A stretch of DNA of 64,000 bases from an uncultured Spirochaetota bacterium (GTDB taxonomy: Bacteria; Spirochaetota; Spirochaetia; SZUA-6; CAVTHK01). Where the stretch lies: positions 224,001 through 288,000 of the forward strand of contig CAVTHK010000016.1 of NCBI GenBank assembly GCA_963734495.1, written 5' to 3'. Below are positions 1 through 10,169 of this stretch, piece after piece. How positions within the stretch are numbered: position 1 is the stretch's first letter; every line of letters starts with the position of its first letter. Both the position numbers and the translations under genes were made by a program. The notes under the pieces are model-generated. The model saw only the letters and a program-made list of their open reading frames with translations. It did not search any database and was not told the DNA's origin.

Positions 1-1023
1 GCGGCCATAGTCCCTCGCGAGGCTCTGCCCTGATTCGCGGATGCGCTCCAGGGCGGGCGGGACGGAGTTCGTGTAGGGAACCTGCAGGAGCCTGCCCGCG
101 AGCGCGTCGAGCTCGGCCGCGCGACCGCGCAGCTGGTCGTACTGCGCGCGCGACATGATGCCCTCGCGCTCCAGGATTTCGCGGTACGGGGCGCTCACCT
201 CGGCGCCGAAGAGGGAGCGGTCGACGCCGCCGCGGAGCATCGCGGCGAGGCCGGCCTGCTCGAAGACGGGGTTGTAGCGCCGGACCGTGTCGGCGACCTT
301 GGCGCCTGCGCGCGCATCGAGGGTCTGCTGCAGCGCCGCCATTTCCCGCGCGTGCTTCTCGTCGGCTTCACGAAGCCGCGCCTCGTAGGCGCGGCGGAGC
401 GCCTCGGCGTCGGGCGCGCCTGCCGGCGGGGCGGAGGGCACGGGCAAGGCTTCGCCCGCGACGGCCGGCGAAACCGGCGCGACCCGCGGAGCCTCGACGG
501 CCGGAGGAGGCGCGGGAGCGGGCTCAGGAGCGCGCTCAGCAGTTGGAACCTGCGGCGCTGTGCGCGCGACTTCGGGGGGCTGAGAGGCAGGCTGCTCCGC
601 GCGCTTGAAGAGCGCGGCCACGTCCGGCCACTCCAGCCCGCGCAGCCATGCCGTCACCGATGACCAGGCTCCGCGCGCCCAGGCTCCGACGTCCGGCCAG
701 CGGAGCGAAGCGAAGAGATTCCGTGCCCCCTCGAGCGCCCGCGCCGCCCGCGAAATCGGCTCGGGCCGCTGCGGGGCCACTGGGGTTGCCGGGGCCGCGG
801 GTGCTGTGGGGGCCGCAGGAGCCGCGGCGCCCGCCGGAGGCGCCTGCGCCGCCCTCTCGGGCAGCCTCAGCACGGGCAGCCGGAGCGTGCCGGGCAGGGT
901 AACCTGCGGGAAGAACACCATGATGCTCACGAGCGCGGTGGCGAGGAACGCGGCGTAGACCAGGATCACTATGAGAATGAGCGGGCTGCGCCCCGTGCTT
1001 CCCCTGCGGTGTTGCTGCTGCAT
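1..1023 (-). CDS. Hypothetical membrane-anchored protein with Pro/Ala-rich linker (3' end runs off the window)
   Basis: Not in the ORF track. ATG at 1023 follows GAGGAGGG; reads MQQQHRRGSTGRSPLILIVILVYAAFLATALVSIMVFFP (one TM helix), then a PA-rich stretch and helical region with no stop before position 1. Confidence 0.75.
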   Translation of the reverse strand, partial: MQQQHRRGSTGRSPLILIVILVYAAFLATALVSIMVFFPQVTLPGTLRLPVLRLPERAAQAPPAGAAAPAAPTAPAAPATPVAPQRPEPISRAARALEGARNLFASLRWPDVGAWARGAWSSVTAWLRGLEWPDVAALFKRAEQPASQPPEVARTAPQVPTAERAPEPAPAPPPAVEAPRVAPVSPAVAGEALPVPSAPPAGAPDAEALRRAYEARLREADEKHAREMAALQQTLDARAGAKVADTVRRYNPVFEQAGLAAMLRGGVDRSLFGAEVSAPYREILEREGIMSRAQYDQLRGRAAELDALAGRLLQVPYTNSVPPALERIRESGQSLARDYGR

Positions 1024-1198
1024 TTGTTTCCCTCCTCGCCGGCCGTGTCGTGGTCCACGCGGCGCGGCTGGGAGCCTCCCCGTTTCTATCATCGGAGCGG
1101 GGAGCCATTCCTTTGACAGCGGAAGAGTTATCGGGCTCGCGGCCGGCGCGCGCGCGGGCGGGGCAGGGCGGCCGGACGCCGCGGGAAGTCCGCTTTGG

Positions 1199-1227
1199 TT
1201 GACGCGGCCGGGGATTTCCCATAGAGT
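1199..1227 (+). promoter_or_regulatory. Sigma70-like promoter of the DHOD-like gene
   Basis: TTGACG-17nt-TAGAGT, then AAGGTG SD before ATG 1263. Confidence 0.6.
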
Positions 1228-1262
1228 GACGGCCGCATCCCCAGCCACGGAAAGGTGAAGAA

Positions 1263-2273
1263 ATGGCCGATCTAAGCGTCAGCTACATGGGTCTCAAGCT
1301 CAAGAACCCCGTCATCGCGGGCGCCTCCAGCCTGACGAGCAACCTGGACCGCCTCAAGGAGCTCGAGGACGCGGGGGTCGGCGCCGTCGTCATCGCGTCG
1401 CTGTTCGAGGAGCAGCTCCAGATGGAGAGCTTCCGCCTGGACGAGGACCTGCACCGCCACGACGAGATGCACGCGGAAATGGTCACCTTGTTTCCCGAGG
1501 TCAAGCACGCGGGGGCTGAGCAGCACCTGATGTGGGTCCGCAAGGCCAAGGAGAGCCTCGGCGTCCCCGTGATCGCGAGCCTGAACGCCGTCAGCCGCGA
1601 GACGTGGGTGGAATACGCGAGGCAGCTCGCCTCGACGGGCGCCGACGGGCTCGAGCTGAACTTCTACGCCACCCCGAGCGACCCTGACCGCACCGCGACC
1701 GACATCGAGGCCGAGCAGATCTCCGTCCTCAAGGAGGTGCTGGCCACGGTCAAGCTGCCCGTGTCGGTCAAGCTGAGCTACTTCTACACGAACCCCCTGA
1801 ACGTCGTGAAGAGGATGGACGAGGCCGGAGTCCGGGGCTTCGTGCTCTTCAACCGCTTCTTTCAGCCCGACTTCGACGTGGAAAAGGAATCCAACCTCTT
1901 CCCGCACAACACGAGCAACTCGGTCGACAGCCGCATCCCCCTGCGGTACGCCGGGCTGCTCGCCGGCGCGGTCAAGGCGGACATCGCCGCCAACGGCGGC
2001 ATCCTCTCGTCGCAGGACGCGCTCAAGCTCCTGCTCGCGGGGGCCAACTGCGTGCAGATCGTCAGCGCGCTCTTCAAGAACCGCATCAGCTTCGTGAAGA
2101 CCATGGTCGCGGAGATCGAGGAGTGGATGGCACGCAAGGGCTACAAGAGGATCGACGATTTCCGCGGGAAGATGAGCTTCCGCAAGAACCGCGACCCCTG
2201 GATCTACAAGCGGGCGCAGTACGTGCGGCTGCTCCTGCGCGCCGACGTCCTCAAGGGCGGGCCCACGGCCTGA
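1263..2273 (+). CDS. Dihydroorotate dehydrogenase-like flavoprotein
   Basis: YMGLKLKNPVIAGAS, SLFEEQ, GADGLELN, LFNRFFQPD, KLLLAGANCVQIVS motifs. Confidence 0.85.
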   Translation: MADLSVSYMGLKLKNPVIAGASSLTSNLDRLKELEDAGVGAVVIASLFEEQLQMESFRLDEDLHRHDEMHAEMVTLFPEVKHAGAEQHLMWVRKAKESLGVPVIASLNAVSRETWVEYARQLASTGADGLELNFYATPSDPDRTATDIEAEQISVLKEVLATVKLPVSVKLSYFYTNPLNVVKRMDEAGVRGFVLFNRFFQPDFDVEKESNLFPHNTSNSVDSRIPLRYAGLLAGAVKADIAANGGILSSQDALKLLLAGANCVQIVSALFKNRISFVKTMVAEIEEWMARKGYKRIDDFRGKMSFRKNRDPWIYKRAQYVRLLLRADVLKGGPTA

Positions 2274-2351
2274 CGCGGACCCGGAGTCTGACCCGGGCCC
2301 GCCTCGCGCGGCGCCGCGGCCTCGACGGCGCGCGACGCCGCCCCCTCGCGG

Positions 2352-2813
2352 TCACGAGACCGCGGCCAGCGCGTTCGGTACGGTGTCGTCCGGGCTGACC
2401 TTGTACCAGACGGCCTCGATCTTCCCCTTCTCGTCGATGAGGAACGAAGATCGGATGATGCCGATGACGGTCTTTCCCTGGCTCACCTTTTCGCCCCAGG
2501 CCCCGTAGGCTTCGGCCACCTTGTGGTCGGGGTCGGAGAGCAGGGGAAAGCCCAGCCCGTACTTCTTGTCGAATTTGGCCTGATCATCCGGGTCGTCGGG
2601 GCTGATGCCCAGGGCGGCGACTCCCTTCGCCCGAAGCTGGGCGCCCGAATCGCGGATGCTGCACGCCTGCTTGGTGCACCCCGGCGTGTCCGCCCGCGGG
2701 TAGAAGTACAGCAGCAGCTTCTTCCCCCGGTAGTCCTCGAGCGTCACCGTCCTGCCCGACTGCTCCTTGAGCGAGAACTTCGGGGCCGCGGCTCCTACCT
2801 GTAGTGTCGCCAT
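2352..2813 (-). CDS. bcp: Peroxiredoxin BCP/PrxQ
   Basis: YFYPRADTPGCTKQAC active site; AAGGAG SD. Confidence 0.92.
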   Translation of the reverse strand: MATLQVGAAAPKFSLKEQSGRTVTLEDYRGKKLLLYFYPRADTPGCTKQACSIRDSGAQLRAKGVAALGISPDDPDDQAKFDKKYGLGFPLLSDPDHKVAEAYGAWGEKVSQGKTVIGIIRSSFLIDEKGKIEAVWYKVSPDDTVPNALAAVS

Positions 2814-2942
2814 CGCGAGCTCTCCTTGTAGACTGCCAAGATAAGCACGGCGCAGGCCGGTCGGCCATGGCGTGGGCGCCGTTCCGGCCTCCGCCGCGGC
2901 GGCGGCTGTTCACGGTCGGGGCTCCGCCGCTATAGTGCGGGC

Positions 2943-3954
2943 ATGCGACCGACGCGTCTGCTGGTGGCCGTGCTCGTCGTGCTGGCGGCCGCCGGCGGCC
3001 TGATCTCTGCCTACCGTCTCGTGCGCGCGGACCTCGAGGAGCGCGCCCGGGTGGCCTCGGAGATCGTGGCGCTCTACGACGACCTGCTTGCGCGTCACCG
3101 CGATCTCCCGCTGGCGGAGGAGAAGGCGAGGCTCGCGCGATTCCGCTCCTACGACCTGATCGCGATCGCGCGCGGCGTGGCCGCGCTGCGGGAGGACTAT
3201 GTCGCGACCGAGCGCCGCCTCGCGCAGGACATGGCCGGCCCGCGCGCCCTCGAGGAGCCGAGGTACAAGACGTTCACCCCCAACGGGTTCCGCGATTTCG
3301 CCAACAGCGTCGTCTTTCCGCGCACCCGTCTCCTTGCCGCCCCGCCGCCCATCACCGGCAGCGCGGCCGCGGACGAGCGCCTGCGGCAGACTGGCCGAGG
3401 CGCGCGGGTATCTGCGGCGGCCGGTCGCGCTGGAGGAAGGGCTCGTGACCGACGGCCGCTACAGCCTGCAGAGCGACGCCATGGAGGCGTGGAAGCGCCT
3501 GCGCGAGGCGGCCGAGCGGTCCGGGATCGCGCTCGACCTGATCTCGGCGTACCGGTCCCCGGACAGGCAGCGCGAGATCTTCATGCAGAGGCTGCGCCAG
3601 ATCATGCTCCTCGACACCGGCCGCGAGCTCTCGACGGCCGAGATCGCGCAGGGCAGGGCGGACGCGGATGTGGACCGGCTGCTCGCCACGAGCTCGATCC
3701 CGGGCTATTCGCGCCATCACACCGGGTACGCCTTCGACCTGATCGACGTGACGTCCGGCCGGCCTTCGACGGAGTTCGCCCTCACGAGAGGGTTCGCCTG
3801 GCTTTCCGCGGAAAACTATCTGATGGCAAAGCGATTCGGCTTCGTCCCCAGCTACCCGGAGGGCGCGGGGCGCCAGGGCCCCGACCCCGAGGCCTGGGAA
3901 TACATCTGGGTGGGCGAGCAGGCCCTGCGGGCCCCCGCGGTGCCCGCCCTGTAG
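2943..3954 (+). CDS. Membrane-anchored M15B (VanY-like) carboxypeptidase; frameshift near 3390
   Basis: N-terminal TM in ORF 2943; the ORF 3199 frame has SAYRS..RQ, SIPGYSRHHTGYAFD (SxHxxGxAxD) and EAWEY. Confidence 0.8.
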
Positions 3955-3963
3955 GCGGTCGGC

Positions 3964-4962
3964 ATGGCAGGTTCTCTTCGACGCGCCGCGGCGCTGTGCG
4001 GGATCTCCGCGTGGATGCTGGCGGGCGCCCTCTCCTTCGGCGCCCCGTCCTCGGAAAGCGCCCGCCCCGAGCTTCCGCCGGTTCTCCGCATCGCGGGCCT
4101 CAAGGGGCCGACGGGCCTCGGCATGGTCAGGATGCTGGAAAAGGACGACAAGATTGAAGGGGTCCCTGTCGCCTATGATCTGGTGTCCTCCCCCGACCTG
4201 GCGGCCGCCAGGGTCCTCAGCGGCGAGCTCGACTTTGCGGCGCTCCCGACGAACATGGCGGCACGCATCTACAACGGGGGCGTGCGCTACCGGCTGGCCG
4301 CGGTGATCGGGTTCGGTGTCCTCTACGTGATCTCCGCCGACCCGTCCATCGCGGGGTGGGGGGACCTGCGCGGCCGGGCGATCGCGGCGGCCGGCCGCGG
4401 AAGCACGGCCGACGTCGCCTTCCGGTATCTCGCTTCGCGCAACGGGCTCGATCCCGCAAAGGACCTCACGCTGCGCTACTACCCTCCGCTCGAGCTGGCG
4501 CAGCTCGCGATCGCCGGACGCGAGCCTGCCGCGGTGCTGCCCGAGCCGTTCGTCACAAAGGTGCTCCTGCAGAAGCCCGACTTCCGCGTCGTCATGGACG
4601 TGCAGCAGGAATGGCTGCGCGACGCGGGCCCGGAGGCGCCGCTGGCGATGAGCTCGCTTGTGGTCAAGGCCGAGACCGCCCGCCGCTACCCCGCGCTGGT
4701 GCGCGCCGTGCTCGCGCGGTACGCGGAGTCGAGCGCGTGGGTGAACGAGCACCCGCACGACGCGGGCCTCCTCGCCGAAAAGCACGGGCTGGGCTTCGCC
4801 TCCGCGGAGGCCGAAGCCGCGATTCCCCGCTGCAACATCCGCTTCGTGCCCGCGCGCGCCGCGCAGACCGCGGTCGACGCGTTCCTCCGCATCCTGCTGG
4901 CTTCCTCGCCCGACGCGATCGGTGGTAGACTGCCCGACGATGCCTTCTACTTGGAGGAATAG
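3964..4962 (+). CDS. NitT/TauT-family ABC transporter substrate-binding protein
   Basis: Signal peptide, GLKGPTGLGM, AVLPEPFVT, IPRCNIRF, GGRLPDDAFY. Confidence 0.85.
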   Translation: MAGSLRRAAALCGISAWMLAGALSFGAPSSESARPELPPVLRIAGLKGPTGLGMVRMLEKDDKIEGVPVAYDLVSSPDLAAARVLSGELDFAALPTNMAARIYNGGVRYRLAAVIGFGVLYVISADPSIAGWGDLRGRAIAAAGRGSTADVAFRYLASRNGLDPAKDLTLRYYPPLELAQLAIAGREPAAVLPEPFVTKVLLQKPDFRVVMDVQQEWLRDAGPEAPLAMSSLVVKAETARRYPALVRAVLARYAESSAWVNEHPHDAGLLAEKHGLGFASAEAEAAIPRCNIRFVPARAAQTAVDAFLRILLASSPDAIGGRLPDDAFYLEE

Positions 4963-5686
4963 GCTCCTCGGTCTGGGCTCGGTCGTCGCGCTGGTGGGTC
5001 TGTGGCAGGCGGCCTCGGCGATCATCGGGCTCGAGATCATCATGCCCGGGCCCGTCGCGACGGCTTCGCGGGCGGCGGGGCTGCTCGTGTCGCCGGGTTT
5101 CGCGGCGGACGTGCTTGCCACCGTCACCCGCGGGCTCATCGGGTTCGCGATCTCCGCGCTGCTCGCGCTCTCCCTGGGAGTGGCCGCCGGGCGCAGCGAG
5201 GCGCTGTTCGCGATGCTCCAGCCGGCTGTCGGGCTCGTGCGGGCGACGCCGGTGATGTCCGTGATTCTTCTCGCGATGATCTGGTTCCGGACCGAAGGCA
5301 TGCCGATCTTCGTGGGGTTCCTCATGTGCTTCCCGGTGCTCTACGGCAACGTGGTCGAAGGCATCCGCAGCATCGACCGCGACCTCGTCGACATGTCGCA
5401 CGCGTTCCGGGTGAGGCGGGGCCGCATTTTTCGAGGTCTGTACCTTCCCGCGATCCTCCCGTACCTGGTGGCGGGTTTCTCGGCCACGCTCGGGCTCTCC
5501 TGGAAGGTCGTCGTCGCGGCCGAGGTCCTCGGCCAGCCGGCCCGGGCGATCGGCACGCGGCTGCAGGACGCCCGCGTGATGCTGGACACCGCGGGCGTGC
5601 TCGCGTGGACGGTCGTGGCCCTCGTGCTGGCGGGCGCGACCGAAGGGCTGCTCAGGGTCGCCGCCCGGAGGCTCAGCTACCGGTGA
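4940..5686 (+). CDS. NitT/TauT-family ABC permease
   Basis: Hydrophobic; EGIRSIDRDLVDM loop, GLSWKVVVAAEVL. Confidence 0.88.
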   Translation: MPSTWRNRLLGLGSVVALVGLWQAASAIIGLEIIMPGPVATASRAAGLLVSPGFAADVLATVTRGLIGFAISALLALSLGVAAGRSEALFAMLQPAVGLVRATPVMSVILLAMIWFRTEGMPIFVGFLMCFPVLYGNVVEGIRSIDRDLVDMSHAFRVRRGRIFRGLYLPAILPYLVAGFSATLGLSWKVVVAAEVLGQPARAIGTRLQDARVMLDTAGVLAWTVVALVLAGATEGLLRVAARRLSYR

Positions 5687-6396
5687 GCGACCTCGTCGTG
5701 CGCGGGCTCTCCAAGTCTTTCGGCGGCCTCGAGGTCCTGCGCGCCCTCTCCATCCGCGTGCCCGAGCACGGAATTCTCAGCGTCCTCGGCCCGTCCGGCT
5801 GCGGAAAGACGACGCTGCTGAACGTCATCGCAGGGACGGAGCGGCCCGACCAGGGCACCGTGGAGGGGACGGGGGACGCGGGCGTGAGCTACCTCTTCCA
5901 GGAGCCCCGCCTGCTGCCGTGGAAGACCGTGGCCGGCAACGTGGAGTTCGTGCTGCAGGACCGGATGTCCGCGGCGGAGCGGCGCAAAACCGTGGCTTCG
6001 GTCCTCGCGCTCGTCGGCCTGGAGGAATTCCGCGCGACCCGCCCGGCCGAGCTTTCCGGCGGAATGAAGCAGAGGACGGCCATGGCGCGCGCCTTCGCCT
6101 ATCCTTCGCGCGTGCTGCTCATGGACGAGCCGTTCCGCGCGCTGGACCTGCCGCTCAAGCTGGCGCTCATGCGCGCTTTCGTCGAGCTCTGGGAGCGCGA
6201 CCTGCGGACCGTGCTCTTCGTCACCCACGACATCCAGGAAGCCCTCTTCCTGGGGGACGACATCCTCGTGCTTTCGCCGAGGCCGGCCGTCGTCCGCGAC
6301 CACGTCCCGAACCCGATCCCGCGGGCCGAGCGCTCGTTCCAGAGCCCCGCGATGCTCGCGCTCGAAAAGGACCTGTATGAGCTCCTCCTCAGGTAA
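5683..6396 (+). CDS. ABC transporter ATP-binding protein
   Basis: GTG overlaps the permease TGA; GPSGCGKT, LSGGMKQR, LLMDEPF, VTHD. Confidence 0.92.
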   Translation: MSDLVVRGLSKSFGGLEVLRALSIRVPEHGILSVLGPSGCGKTTLLNVIAGTERPDQGTVEGTGDAGVSYLFQEPRLLPWKTVAGNVEFVLQDRMSAAERRKTVASVLALVGLEEFRATRPAELSGGMKQRTAMARAFAYPSRVLLMDEPFRALDLPLKLALMRAFVELWERDLRTVLFVTHDIQEALFLGDDILVLSPRPAVVRDHVPNPIPRAERSFQSPAMLALEKDLYELLLR

Positions 6397-6757
6397 GGCC
6401 GGCGAAGACAGCATCCGCATCCCGCGCATCAGCGCGCGCTGCATCCTCGGCGTGCGCCCATGGGAACGGCGGCGCAGGCGACGCGTGGAGATCTCGCTCA
6501 CGATCGAGGCCGACCTCGCCGAGGCTGCGGCCGGCGACTCCCTCGAGAGCACGGTCGACTACTCCGTCGCCTCGCGCCGCGTCCGCGAGGTCGTGGCCGG
6601 GACGCGCTTCCGGCTCCTCGAGGCGCTGGCCGGCCGCGTGGCGGGCGTCGTGCTGGAGCTGCCGCGGGTCCGCGCGGTCGAAGTGACCGTCAGCAAACCG
6701 GGGGCGATCCGGCGGGCCGGCGCCCCGGAAGTCCGCATTCGGAGGGAAAGGGCGTGA
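6377..6757 (+). CDS. folB: Dihydroneopterin aldolase
   Basis: [34 protein letters not shown]. Confidence 0.88.
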   Translation: MSSSSGKAGEDSIRIPRISARCILGVRPWERRRRRRVEISLTIEADLAEAAAGDSLESTVDYSVASRRVREVVAGTRFRLLEALAGRVAGVVLELPRVRAVEVTVSKPGAIRRAGAPEVRIRRERA

Positions 6758-7311
6758 ACACCGAGCGCGTCCGCGACCTGGTGAGGGAGCTCCTGGTGGA
6801 GATCGGCGAGGACCCCGACCGCGAGGGGCTCAGGGACACCCCCCGCCGATACGCGGAGATGATGGGCTTTCTGTGCTCCGGCTACAGCCACGATCTCGCC
6901 GAGGTGACCGGCCGGTCGTTCTTTACGCAGAAGATCAACCACATGGTCGTGCTCAAGGACATCGAGCTCTACAGCCTCTGCGAGCACCACATGCTGCCGT
7001 TCTACGGCCGCTGCCACATCGGCTACATAGCCAAGGGCAAGGTCTTCGGCGTGAGCAAGCTGGCGCGCATCGTGGACATGTACGCGAGGCGCCTGCAGCT
7101 CCAGGAGCGGCTTACGGAGCAGATCGCGCACGCCGTGCGGGACTCGATCGGCGCGCAGGGAGTGGGGGTGGTCATAGAGGCGCGCCACCTCTGCATGATG
7201 ATGCGCGGAGTGCGCAAGCAGAGCTCGGTCATGATGACCTCGTCGCTGCTGGGGGTCTTCATGAACAACCCGGCCACGCGGGGGGAGTTCCTTTCGCTGC
7301 TTCGCCGATAG
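6754..7311 (+). CDS. folE: GTP cyclohydrolase I
   Basis: [47 protein letters not shown]. Confidence 0.95.
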   Translation: MNTERVRDLVRELLVEIGEDPDREGLRDTPRRYAEMMGFLCSGYSHDLAEVTGRSFFTQKINHMVVLKDIELYSLCEHHMLPFYGRCHIGYIAKGKVFGVSKLARIVDMYARRLQLQERLTEQIAHAVRDSIGAQGVGVVIEARHLCMMMRGVRKQSSVMMTSSLLGVFMNNPATRGEFLSLLRR

Positions 7312-7366
7312 GCCGGACGATTGCTCTACCGCGCGGCGCCTGCTTACATTAGTCACCGGGGGTTTC

Positions 7367-8008
7367 ATGAGGAAAGCCATCCTGCCCGCGTTCATCGCGG
7401 TGGCCGTCGCGGCGACGGCCGCAATCATATATGCCGTGTCGACGGGCGTGTTCCGCGCCCATACACCGCCCGCTGCGACCGCCCCCGCCGCTGTCCCGAG
7501 CCGGGAGGCGGTCGCGATCCCCGCCAAAGCCACGGACAGCCCCTCAGCCGACGAGCTGCACGCCGTCGGCCTGTCGCAGGTCCGACCCGGAACGCGCATC
7601 CTCGACTTCGAGCTGCAGGATCTGCAGGGGAAGAAGATCAAGCTCTCCGGGCTTGCCGGACAGGTCGTCTTCCTCAACTTCTGGGCCACCTGGTGCCCGC
7701 CCTGCCGGGCCGAAATGCCTTCGATGGAGCGGCTGCACGCGCGCCTCAAGGACAAGGGGCTCACGATCATCGGAGTCGACCTGCAGGAGGGCCAGCGGGA
7801 GGTCGAGGACTTCGTCCACGAGTACAAGCTGTCGTTCCCGATCGTGACCGACCGCAGCGGCAGCGTGGCGTCCGCCTACGGCATCCGCAGCATCCCGACC
7901 ACCTACGTGATCGGCCGCGACGGCACCATCCTGGCGGGCCGCATCGGCGGGCAGGAGTGGGATGACCCGGTGATCGCGGACTTCTTCGAGAAGCTGCTGG
8001 CGAGGTAG
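7367..8008 (+). CDS. TlpA/ResA-family thiol:disulfide oxidoreductase
   Basis: N-terminal TM; LNFWATWCPPCRAEMP; IPTTY. Confidence 0.9.
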   Translation: MRKAILPAFIAVAVAATAAIIYAVSTGVFRAHTPPAATAPAAVPSREAVAIPAKATDSPSADELHAVGLSQVRPGTRILDFELQDLQGKKIKLSGLAGQVVFLNFWATWCPPCRAEMPSMERLHARLKDKGLTIIGVDLQEGQREVEDFVHEYKLSFPIVTDRSGSVASAYGIRSIPTTYVIGRDGTILAGRIGGQEWDDPVIADFFEKLLAR

Positions 8009-8011
8009 CGC

Positions 8012-8974
8012 GTGATCGGCGTCGACAGCGGCGTGAGCGCCGGCCTAGCGTTCGCCGCGGGCGTGCTCTCGTTCCTCTCGCCGTGCGTGTTGCCCCTGAT
8101 TCCCTCGTACCTCTCGTTCATCGGCGGCGCTTCGCTGGGAGCGGCCGATGAGGTCCGGAGGTCGCGGCTCGCGGCCTTCTACCAGACGCTCGCGTTCGTG
8201 ATCGGCTTCTCGATCATCTTTGTCGCGCTCGGCGCTCTCTTTTCCGCGGCCCTGGGAGCGCTCGGACGCCTCTCACAGGTCGTGAACGTCGCCGCCGGCG
8301 TGATCGTCGTGCTCCTGGGGGCGAACTTCATTTTCGATTTCTGGAAGGTCCTCGACCTCGAGCGCCGCGCGCACGTGACCCGGCGGCCCGGCGGGCTCGG
8401 GGGCGCCCTGGTCGTGGGCATGGCGTTCGGCGCAGGCTGGTCGCCGTGCGTCGGGCCGATCCTGAGCTCCATCCTGCTGCTGGCAGGCTCGGGCGGCGCG
8501 GTGGCCCGCGGCCTCGGCCTGCTCCTTGTGTATTCGCTCGGGCTCGGGCTGCCCTTCCTCCTGACCGGCCTCTTCTTCTCGAACGCCCGCCGTCTCCTGG
8601 CGCGGCTGAAACCGCACCTGCCCGCGATCCGGGTCGCGAGCGGCATCTTCCTGATCGCGGTCGGGCTGCTGATCATCTTTGGCCGGCTGCAGCGCTTCAA
8701 CGTGGCGCTCTTCAGCCTCGCGGGTCGCCTGCGCGCCTGGGAGGCGGCGGAGCCGCTGCTCACGCGCGCCGTGACCGCGGCGGTGCTGGCGCTGGCCGCC
8801 GGGTGCGGCGTGTGGCTTGCGGCGCGCCGCGGTCGGCAGCAGGCGGCCGCCCGCGCGCGGCCGTGGGCGCTCGTGCTGGCGGGCCTGCTGGCGGGCCTCG
8901 CGGCGCTCACGATGACCGGCGTGGTGAGCCCCTCGTCGCTGCTGGCCGTCTGGTTCAGCTACCAGGGGATCTGA
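8012..8974 (+). CDS. ccdA: CcdA-family thiol:disulfide transmembrane electron carrier
   Basis: SFLSPCVLPLIPSY and GWSPCVGPIL; extra C-terminal TM helices. Confidence 0.9.
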   Translation: MIGVDSGVSAGLAFAAGVLSFLSPCVLPLIPSYLSFIGGASLGAADEVRRSRLAAFYQTLAFVIGFSIIFVALGALFSAALGALGRLSQVVNVAAGVIVVLLGANFIFDFWKVLDLERRAHVTRRPGGLGGALVVGMAFGAGWSPCVGPILSSILLLAGSGGAVARGLGLLLVYSLGLGLPFLLTGLFFSNARRLLARLKPHLPAIRVASGIFLIAVGLLIIFGRLQRFNVALFSLAGRLRAWEAAEPLLTRAVTAAVLALAAGCGVWLAARRGRQQAAARARPWALVLAGLLAGLAALTMTGVVSPSSLLAVWFSYQGI

Positions 8975-9116
8975 GGCGCGGCGATGCCGCCGCCGTCGCG
9001 CGGCCCTCGCGCGTGCGCGGGCTGTCTTCGCTTGCAATTCGCGACGCAAAGGTGGAATACTCTGTCTGGGAGGGGCGGGCGGCGACCTGTCCGGGTCGAG
9101 CCGACGTCCGATCGTC

Positions 9117-10166
9117 ATGGAAGTGAGACGCGATTTTGTCAGGCGGACGGCCCAGGCGCGCACGGCAAAGGACGCCTCGCGCGACTCGGGCTACCGCAAG
9201 GCCGCTCAGTTCCTCATCCTCATCGGCGACGAGCAGGCGGCGCAGGTTCTCCGCTACCTCACCGAGGAGGAAGTCGAAGGCATCACGCGGGAGATCGCCG
9301 CCATCGACCGCATCAGCGACGCCGACGCGCTCAAGGTGCTCGAGGAGTTCGGTCTCCTCGCGCGGGAGCGGCGCGGCGCCGCCGCGGGCGGAGTGGACAG
9401 GGCGCGCGAGATGCTCGAGGCTTCCCTCGGAAAGGAGCGCGGCGGAGAGGTGTTCGAGCGCGTGCGCAAGCGCATCGGCCCGAGCTTCCGCTTCATGCAC
9501 TCCGTGGACCCGCACCAGGCGGCGGCGCTGCTGCGCGAGGAGTCGATCGCCGTGGCCTCGGCGGTGCTGACTCAGATCGAGCCCGCGCAGGCCGCGCGCA
9601 TCCTGGCGTGCTTTCCGCCGCAGGGCCAGCGGGAGATCGCCGCGCGCATCGCCAGGATGAGCCGCCTCTCGCCCGACGTGCTGGAAAAGGTGCGCGATTC
9701 CCTCGAAGGCAGGCTCGACGCCCAGGGCAGGATCGTGACGCTGGGCGTGGACGGCCGCTCCGTGCTCACGGCGATTGCCAAGGCGATGGGCGCCGGCGAG
9801 CAGGCCGAGCTGATCGCCGGCCTGGAGGCCTCCGACCCCGAGCTGGCCGCCTCCGTCGAGGAGCGGCTGTTCGGAGTTGAGACGGCGCTCGAGGTCTCCC
9901 GTCGCGACCTGGGCCGGCTCCTCGCAAGCCTCGCGGACCGCGAGATCGCCCTGCTCGCCAAGGGGGCGGGTCCGACCGTGCGCGAGGCGCTGCTGGCTGC
10001 CGTGTCGCCGCGCCGGCGCGAGATCATCGCCAGCGAAGAGGAGCTGGCCGGCGACGTCCCGCCGGCCGAGACCGCCCGGGCCGCGCGTGACTTCGCCGCC
10101 CTGCTGCGCCGCGCGTGGCAGGAGGGCACGCTCCGCATCACGGGCCGCGGCGAGGAGCTGGCATAG
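9117..10166 (+). CDS. fliG: Flagellar motor switch protein FliG (divergent, FliG1-like)
   Basis: KAAQFLILIG..A..VL..L..EEVE.I..EIA, GGVDRAREML, DPELAASVEERLF. Confidence 0.85.
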   Translation: MEVRRDFVRRTAQARTAKDASRDSGYRKAAQFLILIGDEQAAQVLRYLTEEEVEGITREIAAIDRISDADALKVLEEFGLLARERRGAAAGGVDRAREMLEASLGKERGGEVFERVRKRIGPSFRFMHSVDPHQAAALLREESIAVASAVLTQIEPAQAARILACFPPQGQREIAARIARMSRLSPDVLEKVRDSLEGRLDAQGRIVTLGVDGRSVLTAIAKAMGAGEQAELIAGLEASDPELAASVEERLFGVETALEVSRRDLGRLLASLADREIALLAKGAGPTVREALLAAVSPRRREIIASEEELAGDVPPAETARAARDFAALLRRAWQEGTLRITGRGEELA

Positions 10167-10169
10167 GAA

